From assembly GCA_024679065.1 (NCBI GenBank), contig JAGIQG010000016.1:9796001-9860000 (forward strand): a stretch of 64,000 nt of DNA. The letters run 5' to 3'. Made by a program: the position numbers and the translations under genes. Of the stretch, positions 11,140 to 25,066 are shown piece by piece. The DNA comes from Sphyrna mokarran (Eukaryota). Every line of letters starts with the position of its first letter. Position 1 is the first letter of the stretch. The notes under the pieces were generated by a model, which did not search any database, was not told the origin of the DNA, and worked only from the letters and a program-made list of their open reading frames with translations.

Positions 11140-12699
11140 GTAGGAAATATACAATGCATTATGGAGTACTTTCATATGTACTGGTTGTCACTTGTGAAAT
11201 GGTTATTCGTGAATTATGCAAGATAGTTTTTTTTTAATATTCTATGCAAAATATAGCGTGTTATCAGTGTCTTAATCGATGGTGGCAATGGTCATTGATG
11301 TAAATCGAACAAATGCGCAGAGAGTCGAATGCCATTTTCATCGATATTGCAACCGATTTAATAAAAAAAGTCTTACTGGTAATGAGTTGTGGATCTTTAA
11401 CGGACAGAGAGACGAGCGTTTTCTTTAATGTGGGCACAATCTGAGATATGAATGTGAAGATAACAAATGAATAATACAACGCGTGACTTTGAACGAGTGA
11501 AGTTCATGAAAGGAATTTAGATTAGCATTTCAGAACCGCAGACGTAGCTGGACTCCTAAAAAAAGGTAACAAGAAAAAAAAACTAATAATAAAAAGAGGT
11601 AGCAAAAAGAAAAAAAAATATCGACAGTGCCTCGAACAAAAACAGGTGGCATGCATCTGTGCTTTGTGTGTTCGGAGTTTGATGGCAAGAGGTGTTGCTG
11701 AGGGCAGAATGGTATGATGGCATGCATCACAACAGGAGAACGAACAACATACATTATTCAGCAGAGAAATACGTCCAAACAAAAAGTAATCATTTTTTTC
11801 TCTCGTTTACGCCATGCACCGAAGTTGTTCAGAACCCAAAGTTTTTTTTGTCAACAAAAAGAAACGCAATATTTTGATTGATGTTACTTTTCATGCTGCT
11901 ATCTCAGCTGTTAGCTAAAATTTCACCATAACAACTTACAGTTTGCAGGTACGGTGAACTCACGCGACGAGCGTTGTTAACTTCGGGATTAACTCACTGA
12001 AAAAAAAATATGTTTATGTGGTACTCTCTGGAGAGTCATTGCAAACTCAACGGGAAATAAAACTTGAACATTTCCTTTTAATTTCCAAAAAATACTCGAG
12101 TCAAGGATCATAAATCAAACATCGAATGCCATTACAATCGTCAAGAGCGCATCAATAATCTTAGACAAACCATTTACATGGCATAATTATTGTTCTGAAC
12201 AAGCTGTAGCCCATCATATGAATTATTCTGTCTTGGTGATTTGAATTGAAAGTTGACACCACTGCAATAATGGGACAGGAGAAAGTGTTTTTTTTTTCTT
12301 TTTGATCGTACAGAAATAACACATGGATACTGCTAACATTATCTATATTTTCCAAGCATTCCATTATCCCATCATGGCGAATATTATTACTGTGTTTAAA
12401 TGTCAAACATTGATCACTAAATGTGATAATACAAAGTAATTGGGGTAATAAAGCGGCCAAGCATCTCTGCACTTTTTTTAACACCAATTACATACTGTTA
12501 TTTTTTTAAAATAATCCATTCAGAATACATTTCTGCAATTCCATGTCTTTAGATTGGACGTCCTTGTGCACCATGAACAAAGTGTGATGTTATTTTCATC
12601 TTTCATGTCAAAGTTTAAAATTAAAATTTGATGTCTTTGTGTGGGATCTGTTTGCTGCTCATAACAGCGTCTAATATGCACAGAGAGTACACAAATTTG

Positions 12700-14260
12700 T
12701 TCATATGCCCCATAGATCTTAGAAAAAGTGTCAGTAAGTGACACTACCGGGAATGTGGATGGTTTCAAGTGCAAGTTGATAGAAATTCAGGACCAGCACA
12801 TTACTGTAAGGATGAAGGATAAGTATGGCTAGCTTTGGGGACGTTGGGTAACGAGAGATATATTGTAAACTGATCAAAGAGTAAAAGGAAGCAATAGTAA
12901 AAGCTAGGGAGCTGGATAAAGGCAAACCTTGTGTTGAATGCAAGGAAAGTAGCAAGAAACTTAACCAAAGAATAAGAAGAGCTGCAACGGGTCATAAAAA
13001 CGGGCCAGCAGGATTAGGCAAAATCCCTAAGCTTTTTACTCATATAAAAAGGGCAAGAGGGTAGCCAGGGAGAGGGTTGGCCCATTCCAAGTCAAGGGAG
13101 GGAAACTATGTGTTGAGACAGAGGAACTGTTCGAGATAGTACATGAGCACTTTGTGTCAGTATTCTCCAAAGGGAACGGTAGAGTGGATGTTGACTTTGA
13201 GGAAGGATATGTAGATAGTTTGAGCCATGTTGAGATTAAAAAGAGGGGAATATTGTTTTTTTTTGAGGAACATTAGTGTAAACAATTTTCCAGGCCTGAT
13301 GGTATAGACCCAGAATACTGAGAGAGGCAAGAGAAGAAATTGCCTTGAGAGAAATATTTGTGTCAGCACCGGCTACAAAGGAGGTCCCAGAGGATTGGAG
13401 AATAGGCATTGTTGTTCCTTTTCTTAAGAAGACTATCAAGAATAATCCTGATAATTAAATTCTGGTAAGCCTTATATCAGTCGTAGAAACGAATGCTTCT
13501 TCGAGGCATGATGAACTGCTCCTTGGAAATAAGTGGCCGAATTCATGAGAGGCAACATGCTTTCGAGAACTGAAGTTTTTTCTCACGAACGTGATCCAGT
13601 TTTTTTTTTCACGAAAGTGACGAAGATAATTGATGAGGGGAGGACAGCGGATGCTTATGTGAAATTCAATAAGGCTTTTGACAAGGTCCCTCGTCACAGA
13701 TTCGTACAGAAGGTGAAGTCAAATGGAATCAGAGATGATTTGGCAAAGTGGATGTAAAAGTGGCTCGGTCAAAGAAGACAGAGGATATTAATGTAAGGGT
13801 GCATTTCTGAGAGGAGGCCTGTGATAAATGGTATTCCGCAGGGATCAGTGCTGCAACCTTTGCTCTTTGTAATATATGATTTGGAAGACAAAACAAGATT
13901 TGGTGGATGGCAGTTAGTGGTGAGGACATTCAGAGGATATAACAGGATGAGATCAGTTGGAGACTTGGGCAGAGAGGTAGCAGATGGATTTTAATCCAGA
14001 CAAATGTAAGGTAATGCATTTGTGAAGGTCTAATACGGAGAGGAAATTAACAGTCAATGGTCGTCCCCTTAAGAGTATTGATAGGAAAAGTGATCTGGCT
14101 GTACAGATACACAGGTCACTGAAAGTGGCAAAACAAGTGGAGAAGTTAGTCAAGAAAGCATGCAGCATGCTTGTCTTCAGCGACTGAGGGCTGAGTTTAA
14201 ACATTAACAAGCTTAGTAGGATCTTAGTGAGGCCGCATTTGGGATAAAGTGTTCAATTCT
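12700..14260 (+). mobile_element. Old CR1 LINE ORF2 fragment
   Basis: Decayed RIRQNP..FY (KENPKAFY-like), YVKFNKAFDKVPRHR, GIPQGSVL and LVRPHL motifs. Confidence 0.9.
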
Positions 14261-14499
14261 GCCCTACTGATAATAACACATCGCAACAGCAAACAAAACT
14301 TTTTGCACTTGGAGCCAGGCATAGTATCTCAGTTTAAAGACAGTACCACGAAACAGCAAGACGTTTCAAATCGACGTACAGTCAAACACACATTCAGCAT
14401 GGAATAAAAACTTTGGCCGGACTCCCTCGTGCTAACCAGGACTCCTAAATTGAAGTAATTCCATTTGCCTGGAATGCATTCATGTGACTATCTGAAGGT

Positions 14500-17400
14500 A
14501 CTGCAAATGCACAGTTTTACGCACTTCTACCATCTCATGTGGAAACTGTATCGTTCTGTGTGCCACCAGTTATTCGAGAAAAATGCATCAAGCCCCGTTT
14601 AAAGATATAGACCAAGAGGCTTTAAAATCTTCGATATGTAATCCCCCAAACGTGGAAAAATATGTCTCAGCCTCCTCAGCCGACTTGTGCCCATCATGAT
14701 TTCATGAACGCACATATAATTACCCCTTCGTTCCCTAAGCTCCAGAAGTAAAGGCATCTTATTGTACTATCTTCGTCAAAAATTCAACCTTCCGGACCCT
14801 CTCCAACACAATATCATCATTCCCATAGCAAAACGACGATTATTTTTCACGATATTCCAAATGTGGCCGCACCAACTTCTTGTACATTTCAAACAATGCG
14901 AACTACTGGATGCAATATTCTGACCCGTGGAGCAAGTGTTCAAACACACGATTCACACCCAGGCTGCTAATGCATGAAATCGCTTTCAAGGAACAATGTA
15001 TCTGCACTACTGGGTCTCTGCGTTCCACAACATTCTTCACGGTAAAAACAATGAAACTGTAAGGGTTGCCCTAATGTGTCTTACCAAACTGCAACTATCC
15101 ACTTTTTGTTCGGAATTAATCTCCAACTTTCATAACTTGTTCCACCAAAATAATTGATCAAAATCCAGCTGCGGTCTTAGATAAGCTGTGTCACCGTTCA
15201 CTTCAATACAAAATTTAATATCAAACCGAATCTCACTTAGATTTCCCCCGTCTTGTCATATGAATTAGTTATACAAATGAGATGCCACAGTGAAGCAGTA
15301 TTTTTCCCGGTGGACCATGCTAATAATAAGTCTGCTGTCCGTAAAAAAAAGAAACGTGATCCGTCACCCTATGCATGCTTTCCGCAAGTCAATTTTGCAA
15401 CCTACTGGTTTGCTATCTGTGAATCCTGTGCGCTGTAATCCGACAGATCAGTCTACTATGTGATACCTTATCGAAGGCCTTGTTAATGAAGTTAATGTTC
15501 CACCACACTGGTCAAAACAATTTCTAAATCATCTCTTCAAAACACTTTGGTACATTTGTACTGTACGATTTTCCACGCCCGAAGCCATTCTGAATGTCCT
15601 CAGCCAGCACACATGCATGTACAAATACATGTAGTTCCTGTTCTTCAGAATGCCCTCCCAAAAAGCAATCACCACCGACGTCGGGCTCACAAATCAGCAT
15701 TTTCTTGTCTTTTACCTTGCTCTTCTGTGAACAATGCCAATATAACCGCTTCGCTCCCATCTTCCGGCATGTCACTCGTGGTTCTAAATGATAGAAACAC
15801 CACAGCGGAGGTGTGTCATATTTTTCCTCATCTTCCCGCAGTGTCCTGAGAAACTGGGCTTGTTTGAGGCTCGGGATTTATCTACGCTTATATATGTGAT
15901 ACGTCTGCGTTTATCAATTTTGTCTCGATAATGCATCTATGTTTTTGCTCGTTTTGTATTCCAGCATCTTTTTTTTTCAATAATATGGACGCTTTTTTCA
16001 ACACACCACTATGTATTTCTGCAAGTTCCCTAGTTCCATATATTTTTATTTCCATGTTAAATCATGATGACAAGTATTCACTGAGGATGTCAAACATCTG
16101 TTGTGGCCCCACGCAATGGCGAACTCGCAGGGATTGCTAGTTCACAGATATTTACCTCGTAACACATTTGCACGGCCTATACTGGGGACTTGTTTTTGGA
16201 TTTTCTTTACCGTCACTTCCAAAGCTCTCTCATGTCCCATATTTGCTCTTCTGATTTCCCAGCCAAGTGTGCTACTACACAAGCAATTTAGATCAACGGA
16301 TTTACTTGAACCAACACGCCTATGGCGGCAGTTCTTAATTTTATTCATCAGATTTTTAACACCGCTTGTCTTCCAGCGTTCCCTACCCTTACACGTTTCC
16401 CATTCACTTGACCCACAACTTTGCTGGCTCTGAAATGTCGATATCTCCCTTTTGAGTATCCACAATTGCCAAATAATCATCTATCAGTAAAGACCTCCCA
16501 CAATTAACTATTGAAAGCACATTTCTCATCCCAAACTAATGGGCCTGGCCCAATTTAGATATCTAATCGGTGGACCAGATCTATTGTTTTATACATTTCC
16601 ATCACCATGATAATTATGGTCTCCGGTCACAAATTTTCACGTAATTAACACTTCCGCTGTTATTCATGGCTTATTTCGCAAAAAAGACTTGGAAATTATT
16701 CCTTCAATTAGAATTGATTGTGTTTTTTTTTTCGTGAACATCCTCCGCTGTATCCTCCCCATGCAATTTCTTAAAACTATGGAAGTCCCAGTTTCTCTTC
16801 AGCAAGATAGTTCTGACTACGATCAAAACACTGTTTTTAATGCAGTTGTCTTCGACCTCCCAGCATATTTACTCTTATTTAAAGTTCAGACGATTTTAGT
16901 TATCAGTGTCACTCGCAGATTACCCTAAACCGCTATGAAATTACTGCAAAAATCCTCACATGCCACACTAGAGCGCCTGACTAAACTCGTCCTCACCTTT
17001 GAGTGCGGAGCAAGGGTTGTCGGCCGATTATTGGTGGAAGGTGGGGGCGTTGGCATGCAACCATCCAATCAAAGTATTGTGCCCTTTCTTATAGTTGAGT
17101 TACACGCATGTGGCCTTTTTGGACGATGCCTCAGGAATCAGTTCTCTCTGTACTGCCCGTGATATTTGCCCCAATCAAGACCGCAATTCTCCATTCTCTC
17201 GTGACTCTCATTCTATCTTTTTTGATTTCTTATGCCGTCCCGAACATGTCACTGACAGTCCCATACTCTATGAGCCAGTTTTTTTAAACAGATGTTTTAT
17301 GTCAATAATATATATTTATTCATGCTCCCAATTAGTCTGCCTTAACTGTCCGTTATTTTCCTCTGAAATAAATGTAGTTTCATTCATCAGTTTTCCCCAG
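14500..17400 (-). mobile_element. Old CR1 LINE ORF2 fragment
   Basis: Minus-strand EIRRANMGHERAL, KAFDK (about 15470) and [11 protein letters not shown] (about 14860) remnants. Confidence 0.8.
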
Positions 17401-18724
17401 TTCCTTAACAAGCTCATGCCTGTCCTGCCCTTTGAAAATTTTCACTTTATGATCCATATTATCGTCAATGTCCACTTTTATTTCACTGCTCTTCAGTTTT
17501 CAGTTTCCTGGCAGACAATTTTAAAGCTTCCGAGTAAGATTTAGAAAAAAAAAAACATGCACCACAATCGCCAATATTCATCATGAATGTTTCGAATTCG
17601 GGTTGAACTAAACTGGAACTGCTTACAGTTGATAAAAAAATAAAAAATAAAATGAATGGTTGGAATAAAACCAAGACTAAATACTAAGATTTGTCTTCCA
17701 AGTGCAAAAAAAAATCTCTTCCCAATGATGTGGTTTGCAAAGCGTTAGAATGTGGCTGGTTCACTGACTAATTGAGTCACTATACTTCTGAGGATGATCT
17801 TTTCAGAATTCGAAACCTCATAGCAGCTAAATTTCTAGTTGCGTCATTGCATTCCTTTCTATCAGCAAGTGTCACAGCCAAAATATCAGTCTTTTTTTGA
17901 ATTTGTGTCTTGATTTTTGCTGCATTAAACGGGCTTGAGATTCCTAACACATTCAGGGTAAAAACTTGACATGTGATTGCTATGCTGATTGTTTTATTTC
18001 CTGGTTCAACGTTACGAGACCTATCTCAGCGTCTCACTAACAATGTGTGATGGCAACATAGAGCGCAATGATATAAATGGCCCACTGTCTCACTGTGATC
18101 ACAGAAAACCGTTTAAACTCCGCATCTGAATAGAGACATTAGATTTTTTTTTTTTAATAAGCCGTCAGTGTGTTAGTAGAAATCCTGGAAAACAAATATT
18201 CACGTCCTTCATTCCAATGTCGAAGAGGTGATCATTTCAACTTCTTTCCAAAGATACACGATTTACATTGTGAATATGCTCCAACATACTCCCCCACGGC
18301 ACATTCATAATATGGATTATTTTCATTTGATCTTGATTACACGTTATTCACATTGTGTCATTTCCGTCATAGCGGAGTATTGATATGGTTTCTTTTTGAG
18401 CAAATACAGCAGCATCATCCAGAAACCAATTCAAACTGACTTATTCGCGATTCGAAAATGGCAAAAGAATCTTGATTTAATTACTTCGTGTTTGGGTCCT
18501 CCTCCATTATTTGAATACTTCATGGCGATTATTCATTTTGTGTCTTCAAGTTGAACAGACATGAACTCCATGCAAATTCAATTTATCTCTGTATATTTAC
18601 TTGAACATGAATTCCCAGATACCCCGGCGAATATGAGTTTTAGTTTTCACTCTTACATTTTTCAATATCTTATCAATGAAAAAAATATGCAAACTGCTCA
18701 TTGGATATTCTTTATCATCCTTAG

Positions 18725-18745
18725 AACTGAAAGTAGTCAAAGAAG
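18725..18745 (+). CDS. Candidate 21-nt phase-1 micro-exon ((E)LKVVKE)
   Basis: ttctttatcatccttag | AACTGAAAGTAGTCAAAGAAG | GTAAAG; the peptide resembles a coiled-coil heptad. Confidence 0.5.
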
Positions 18746-19839
18746 GTAAAGAGGAAAAAAAACTTTCTTCTGTCTATGTTATAAGTTACTCATTATTTAT
18801 CGATTCCAGAAAGGTATTTTGTAGAAACGAATAAACGTGTATTTATTGATTTGCTGTGTCCACAAAGATCCTAATAACATAGCCCGGCAATTGTGTCACA
18901 AGTCGAATTTGCAGTCAGTCTCCATGATTGACGAAAGGCTAGCCATTGTCTGTGAAAATCGACATTAATTTCAACGAGAGAACGTAAGTGTAATAAAAGG
19001 AATTAGGTAAACCTCCATTTCACATTATATTGGGTACAGCAGACAAATGGAGTTGCAGGCACAACATAATAGTCGTACGCAGCGAGGCATGCAAATTGGA
19101 AGATTTTGGAATAATATGTAATGTGTAAAGGAGATAGTAGAGCTAAAATGAAAAAAAAAGTGCACTGTTCCGAAATTTTCGAATCAACAGCCCGCACGAG
19201 AAACAGCCCAAGAGGAGAAGTACATGCAGAAACATACCTCAAATGAAATGCCTGGATTCATGGACACCTTTAGGCAGACAGTAAGGATATAGAAATAACA
19301 CATACGGATTTATCAACAGCATAAACAAATAGACAACCAGCATATTAAATGCACGCATATGTTGAGGAAGGTGAATAGAGAAATGCATAAGAAGTGTACA
19401 CTTGTTGCATGAGAAACTATGCTCACGTGTACGAAACACCTTTGCTAAGTGACGGTGATTTTTTTTCTTCCGAGTAATTAAAGTTGCGAATATATGAAAG
19501 GGAAGACATAATAGCATACTTAATAGGGCATGTTGAAAGATGATAAATAAGAAATATCGTATTATTTTGCAGTATTCATCAAAGAAATTCAGAGATTATG
19601 CGGATGGCTTCCAACATGAGATTAAGCGTTCCATAGCATTGTTGACCAGTTGAAAAGGAAAGTGAAGATACGGAAAATGTTCATAAAACTATTGCACATC
19701 AGCATCATTTTTTTTGATTACGAAAATAATGGAATCGGAAAAGCACAGTGTCTTGACAAAGATGGCTTTGAAATTTACAGATTCGTTTCGGGATGACGGA
19801 ATTACCTTGCAAACAGAACATTTGAAGTGCCTTCTATAG

Positions 19840-19854
19840 AAGGAGAGTCACTTG
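19840..19854 (+). CDS. Possible 15-nt phase-1 micro-exon ((E)GESL)
   Basis: ccttctatag | 15 nt | GTGAAT. AG and GT are kept at 39722-39736 and 62104-62118, but the pyrimidine tract is weak. Confidence 0.2.
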
Positions 19855-20093
19855 GTGAATTATTTTGTTTGGTATAGAAACAGCTATATATGATTCAAAG
19901 CCAACCCGAAACCGGCGATCGAACAAAAATACATGCACATATTTGAGAAACAGGCGAAACAACACGATATTATGAATGATAAAATGTTCATACATAAGGA
20001 GAATTGATTTTGTTATGTGTTCATTCGTTGAGTAGTGGTGCCTTAAATGGACTCTGGGCTGTTTGGAAAACATCTTAAATCAAACTTTCATGA

Positions 20094-20133
20094 TGTGCGT
20101 GTGTGTGTGCGTTTGTTTGTGTATGTGTGTTTT

Positions 20134-20176
<43 letters not shown>
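20094..20176. repeat. (TG)n microsatellite
   Basis: Direct read; paralogues at about 39978-40059 and 62358-62440. Confidence 0.97.
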
Positions 20177-20177
<1 letters not shown>

Positions 20178-20369
20178 TTCCACTTGCGGTAACAGCAACT
20201 CACTTCTTCCAAGCTGTCACATAATCCTGAAACTTAAAGTTGTGCCTGTTAGATGGATTGATCATGCTAAATAGAGCTTTGTGTCAGGGTGTCTGGAGAA
20301 TGTAATTGTTTGAGATTATTTGTATAGGGGCTGGGTGAACAAATGATAACGTACAGAGAACAAAGATAA

Positions 20370-21330
20370 TACTAGCACAGGAACAGTCAGTTCGACCTTC
20401 CAAGCATGCAACAACATGGTGCTGGACTTAAGTAAAACTCCCTGCCGTTTCAGGGACAATATCCCGTCATTCCCACCTGTCCAACTACTTGTCAAGACAC
20501 CTCTTAAAATTCGCTTTCGTGCTCCGTCCTGTACCTCCACCATCAGCACGTTCCAGGTCCCCAGTACTCTTTGTGGAAAAAATGAAATGCCTCTGTACAT
20601 TTTCTTGAAAACTTGCAACTCCCATAAAAATCCATGCCCAGAGTAATTGATTCCTCCCCCCGGGAAAACTCTTCTGTCCATTCACTATGTCCATGTCGCT
20701 CAAATTCGTATAGACCTCTTTCGATCCAATGAGAATAAACAAAGTTCCGCCAACTTTTCCTCATAGCTAATGCCCATCATAGCAAACGGCATCCTGATAA
20801 ACCCGTTGTTTATGTAGAGTCTCCATAGCCTCCATATCCTTCTGATAATGTGGCGACCAGAATTGAACAGTATAATTGAAGTATGGCATACCTCAGGTCC
20901 TATTAAATTGCAGTTAAATTCGCCAGGTTTTTTTTCATCTCAATGCTCCAGCCGATGAATGGAATCATCCCGAATGCCGTCCTGCCTACTTTATCCATCT
21001 ACAAGCCATTTTCAGTGACCTGTGCACCAGTATACTCAGACACATCTGCTCATTCATAATCTGAAACGTTCTGTCATTCACTGTATATTTCCCATCTGTA
21101 ATAGAACTTCCAAAATGCATTACCTCACATTTGTTCGAATTCAATTCTCTGTGCCATATTTTCGATTAAGTCTCTAACCGATCTATATCCTGTCGTTTCA
21201 TCTAGTGGTAAACAATGCTATCTAGAAATTCACCAGACTTAGTGTCTTCTGCAAACTAACTAATCAAACAATTTACATTTTCCTCCCAGTCATTAAAAAC
21301 AACTTAGGTCCCAGCTCAGACCCCTGAGGA
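20370..21330 (-). mobile_element. Old CR1 LINE 3' portion (copy 2)
   Basis: FFPQRVLGTWNVL (FFTQRVV..WN-like) motif; paralogue of 150-1110. Confidence 0.85.
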
Positions 21331-21529
21331 ATGTTAATTGCAAAAGAAGTCTCAGAGCAACACGTTTAAGTCCAACAAGTGTATTTAATACTAAACATAC
21401 TAGTTTTTGTAGTATGTCCGTTCGTCAGGTGAGTCGGTGGGGTTATTGTCGGTGCTGACTCGTTGTCTGAATGGCCTCCTTCTGTGCTGTACAATGCGAT
21501 GATTCTACGTATTGTCCCAAATTCACATC

Positions 21530-24400
21530 GACTGTCTTTGTAAATGACTTTTCTTTCAATGAATCCATTCTAAGTCTTTAAATAGCATGAATGCCCCCAT
21601 CACTTGTTATGTTTCTTCATCATTTATCACTGGCAATGCTATACAGTTACACCATTGACATGATTTGCAGCCCCATGTGCACATAGGCTGATTACGTCTT
21701 CTCCTGTGAATGCTTTGTCTGCGAAATCTGCATTCTATCTACATTGGCTTCTGCATCATTTCCGTCTTTTATTCCAAGCACTGTCAATCCTTCTGTACTA
21801 TTTTCCATCATGCCCCCTGCTGATTTCTGCACGCGTTTCTCATGACAAAAAACGTTTGTTTGCCTTTTGAACCTCCTGCGTCGGAAAGCTCTTTCAATGT
21901 TCCTGCTTCTAAAAGGTGCAATTTTGCGTGTTTTCTGTCAACATGATTTCTCTCATCATGATGAGTGGTTTTTAAACACAAAGTGGCAATATATCACATA
22001 ATTGTGCCTTTATATATCGATGTATAGCTGTACCAACTGACTCCACTTGGGCGTTGTAGTATCATACCGGCATTAATCTGCCTCTATGTTTTTGAGTTGC
22101 AACTGCAGTTTGCATTCCCTCATACTCCTGGCCGAAATTTTGAAACTGTTCAGTGAATCCTCACAACCGAATGTTCTATCCTACACCTTGGCTAATATTG
22201 AATCTGTTTTCTTTATTTTTACCCATCCCATTTCAGAATTTGTACACGACCTCTCAATCTCATTTCATAGATACATGTCAGGATTTTCCCAGCACTCCAT
22301 TAATTTTAACACAAACCCTCCAATTGTTAAATAAAAGCCTCAATAATGTTCCTACGCATTTTAAATTTGCGTTATGTTTGTCTATTAGTTGCCGTTTTCC
22401 TTCAATAATCTCGATTACCGTTTTTTGCCTCTCAATATAACACTTTCTTCGTGTGTCATTCGTTATTGCCCCAATTGAGCTTTATTAAGATTAAGTTGAA
22501 CTGCTTGAATCTGTCTTCATGCTGCCAAACCATGTGTAATTTTCCTAACTGGGGCAATCAAAATGTCGTTCACATATTAACAAAAACATGTTGGTTTCTG
22601 CACATTGTATGAGGCATCCTCTGACTGACGTATTGGTTTATTGTCGAACCCCTGTGGAAAACGACTCCAAATGAGTTCTTATTATTTTCCAACTGTAAAC
22701 CTAAACTTGCATTGCTGTAACTCAGTTAGGGAATTAACCAGAACCTATTAGCACTTTGAAGGGCTTCTGCTCTGTTCTAATTGAGTTTTAAATGGTACCA
22801 GGATTCAGCAATGTGGAGTGACCTTGAGTCGGATGAATAGTTGAAATAATGCAGCCTATTCGTCCCTTTGATAGTCTGTTGATGTCGGCTGGATACCTTA
22901 TTTTCCCAACAGGTGAATTTCCCTCTGGGAAAGTATTAGTTACTTCATGTTCATTCTCTAAATCGACATCAAAACGTTTCAACGAATCCACTGCTTCTAT
23001 TGTTGAAGAATATTGCTATTGCACGCAATGAAGTTCTCCGGAAATCCATTATGAAGGGATCTCTATCCACAATCCTGTTTGTGTTTCACCCAGTCCTGAC
23101 CATACTTTGCTGCAAAGTTTTTTTTCATATTGTCCACTTTTCAATTTTGTTGTAGTCTTATTACTCTAGAATTTCCGCTTCCTTTCATCTGTCTCTATCG
23201 ATTTCGCTTTTGAGCTGCAGCATCTCATATTGCATGACTTGATGTCGCTGATATTTCCCATTTGTTCTCGCCGGTAAATTCCTAGAACACACTTTCTTAT
23301 TTCAATGATATGTCAATCAGGGCCTGTTGGTATTTACAGACGCTCAAAGTAGTGTGATTTTAAGGCATCTAGTTGTTCCTTGGAATGCTAAAGTCCGATC
23401 AGTCGTTGACAAAGCAAAATCTCTAGCAGATATAGATGTTCCGCTGACTACCTTTTTAATAAAATTTTGTCTCCAATCACTGATTCCATATCCATTCACG
23501 AATCTTTATCTTTAATCTAAAGGGATGATAATTGTCACTTTTGCCAGCAAACTTTACGTTTCGGCTTCCGAGAACTGGATTGCAGCATTTTATTGCCGTT
23601 TTGCTCATGCGAGTGGTTGAACTTAGCGAGCTGAATTTTCTCTGCTGTGTCATTCCCTTCTTTGCTTCTCCCTTTGACAAACAATGATTTATTCATGAAG
23701 TAATTTAACACAATTGCTGCATTGAACTTAATGGTTGTTAAAGTTTCGTGAGTGTCCGCTTGGACATATTATTTTGCAATACATACTTTAATTCCACACA
23801 TTTGGCATGTTTTGGATATTATTGATATGAATGCTCAGCTCTTTTTCGAGTCATGGTGTTTTCCTTCTGTGAAACTGAATCGATTGTCATGGCCGAATTC
23901 TCTAAAAACATTTCCTGCTGTCACGTCTGCTTGATCATTAGTTTCACAGCTAGACTAAACCTATGCTTGAGATTAGAAATAACATATCGTTATCCCTCGG
24001 TTTATTTTTGCTCCCTCTCTTGTCCATATAAGATCCAAGTTTACTTTCTGCATTACCTTCTACCGTTTCATTGGAGTTTTGCTTTATTAAATTTACTTAA
24101 ACGCAGCCAACTCGTTCCTTTCCGAAAGTTTGTCCCGTTGACCTTTTAAAAGGCTCGTATCGTCACATTCTTATGTTGCTAATTTCCAATTAATTTCTCC
24201 AGTTTAAATGCTTGGGTAATATGTGCCCTTCTTGTGCGGACAGCTTTCTCTTGACTGAAAATCTTACATCATTCAAAGTCAGGTAGTGGATCTCTCTCAA
24301 CTCATTCATCCGTTCACAAAAGCTGTATTTTGCTGGATTCGCCACACCAGATAAATTGGCCAATTTTTTTCCCTCTCTGCTGTTGTTAAAAATAAACAGA
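21530..24400 (-). mobile_element. Decayed endogenous retrovirus (gag?)-pro-pol, copy 2
   Basis: In order on the minus strand: KVVSGTSIS (DSG protease-like, about 23430-23460); WVKHKQDCG; QYSSTIEAVDSLKRFDVDLE..NSPVGKIR; ANRFWLIP..QQCKFRFTV..IWSRFPQGFDNKP (22646-22657); YVNDILIA (22565-22576); then weak RNase H-like and integrase HHCC-like remnants at about 21700-22070. The upstream boundary is uncertain. Confidence 0.8.
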
Positions 24401-24929
24401 CACACCATCTGTTGTTCAAGTTGCTAATTAGCTCCCTTTACCGAGTGAAGTTACTTTATTACGGACTGGTGCTAACAGAATATCTGATTATATTTTAATT
24501 ACCTAAATTGTCGTTTCTAAAGGATCTTCCTGTCGTGCTCTTTCTCACTGAACTGCTCTGGAATTTGAACCTGAAATTAATTTGTTTATATCTTTTCCGT
24601 GGACTGTTTCTTTTAATTAGAACATTCTTAAACGTCATTCCACAAATCGTTGCGTTAGCTGTCAATATTTGATGGTGATTTCTTACATCGTTGTCAGAGT
24701 TATATGTGCCCTTTTCTGCGTCATGATTCTTCTCACATGCCCATCAATAATGTTGCTCAGATTCAGAAGAGACTTGGTCATATCCTTGACCAAGCATTTT
24801 CCTAATTATTTCGATCTTTTCTCCCAGAGCACACTCTATCAAAGAATGAGTATTTCTCCACGTCAGATTCACAATTTCTATCATTTTAATGATGTAAGCG
24901 ACGGCGCTGTCAGTACGTATGACCCATTT

Positions 24930-25008
24930 TTTTTTTCTCTCTCTCCTCCGCGTTCTTCCTTTCTTCTTTCTGTCTCTCTGCCTCTTCTCCTCTGCGTCTG
25001 TGTGTCTA

Positions 25009-25044
<36 letters not shown>

Positions 25045-25066
25045 CGCGCGCGTGCGCGCGTGTGTG
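24930..25066. repeat. Pyrimidine-rich tract followed by (TG)n/(CG)n microsatellite
   Basis: Direct read; paralogue at about 44812-44960. Confidence 0.9.

Larger units (their letters stand above)
1..20220. repeat. Large tandem duplication unit, copy 1 (phase set arbitrarily at window start)
   Basis: Sequence at 1 (ttaaacctgacacttcaagttctgcc) recurs at 20221, 40105 and 62485. Landmarks are collinear, e.g. ORF MDSLK...NPGTI at 2548/22788/42668. Confidence 0.97.

Noticed and set aside
11542-11565. 24-nt plus-strand exon candidate (DVAGLLKK)
   Set aside because: Length is 24, 26 and 25 nt across the copies because of A-run slippage, so the frame is not conserved.
19238-19267. Minus-strand 30-nt exon-like segment (VSMNPGISFE)
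   Set aside because: The acceptor is lost in copy 3, and the next candidate exon has an in-frame stop in copy 2.
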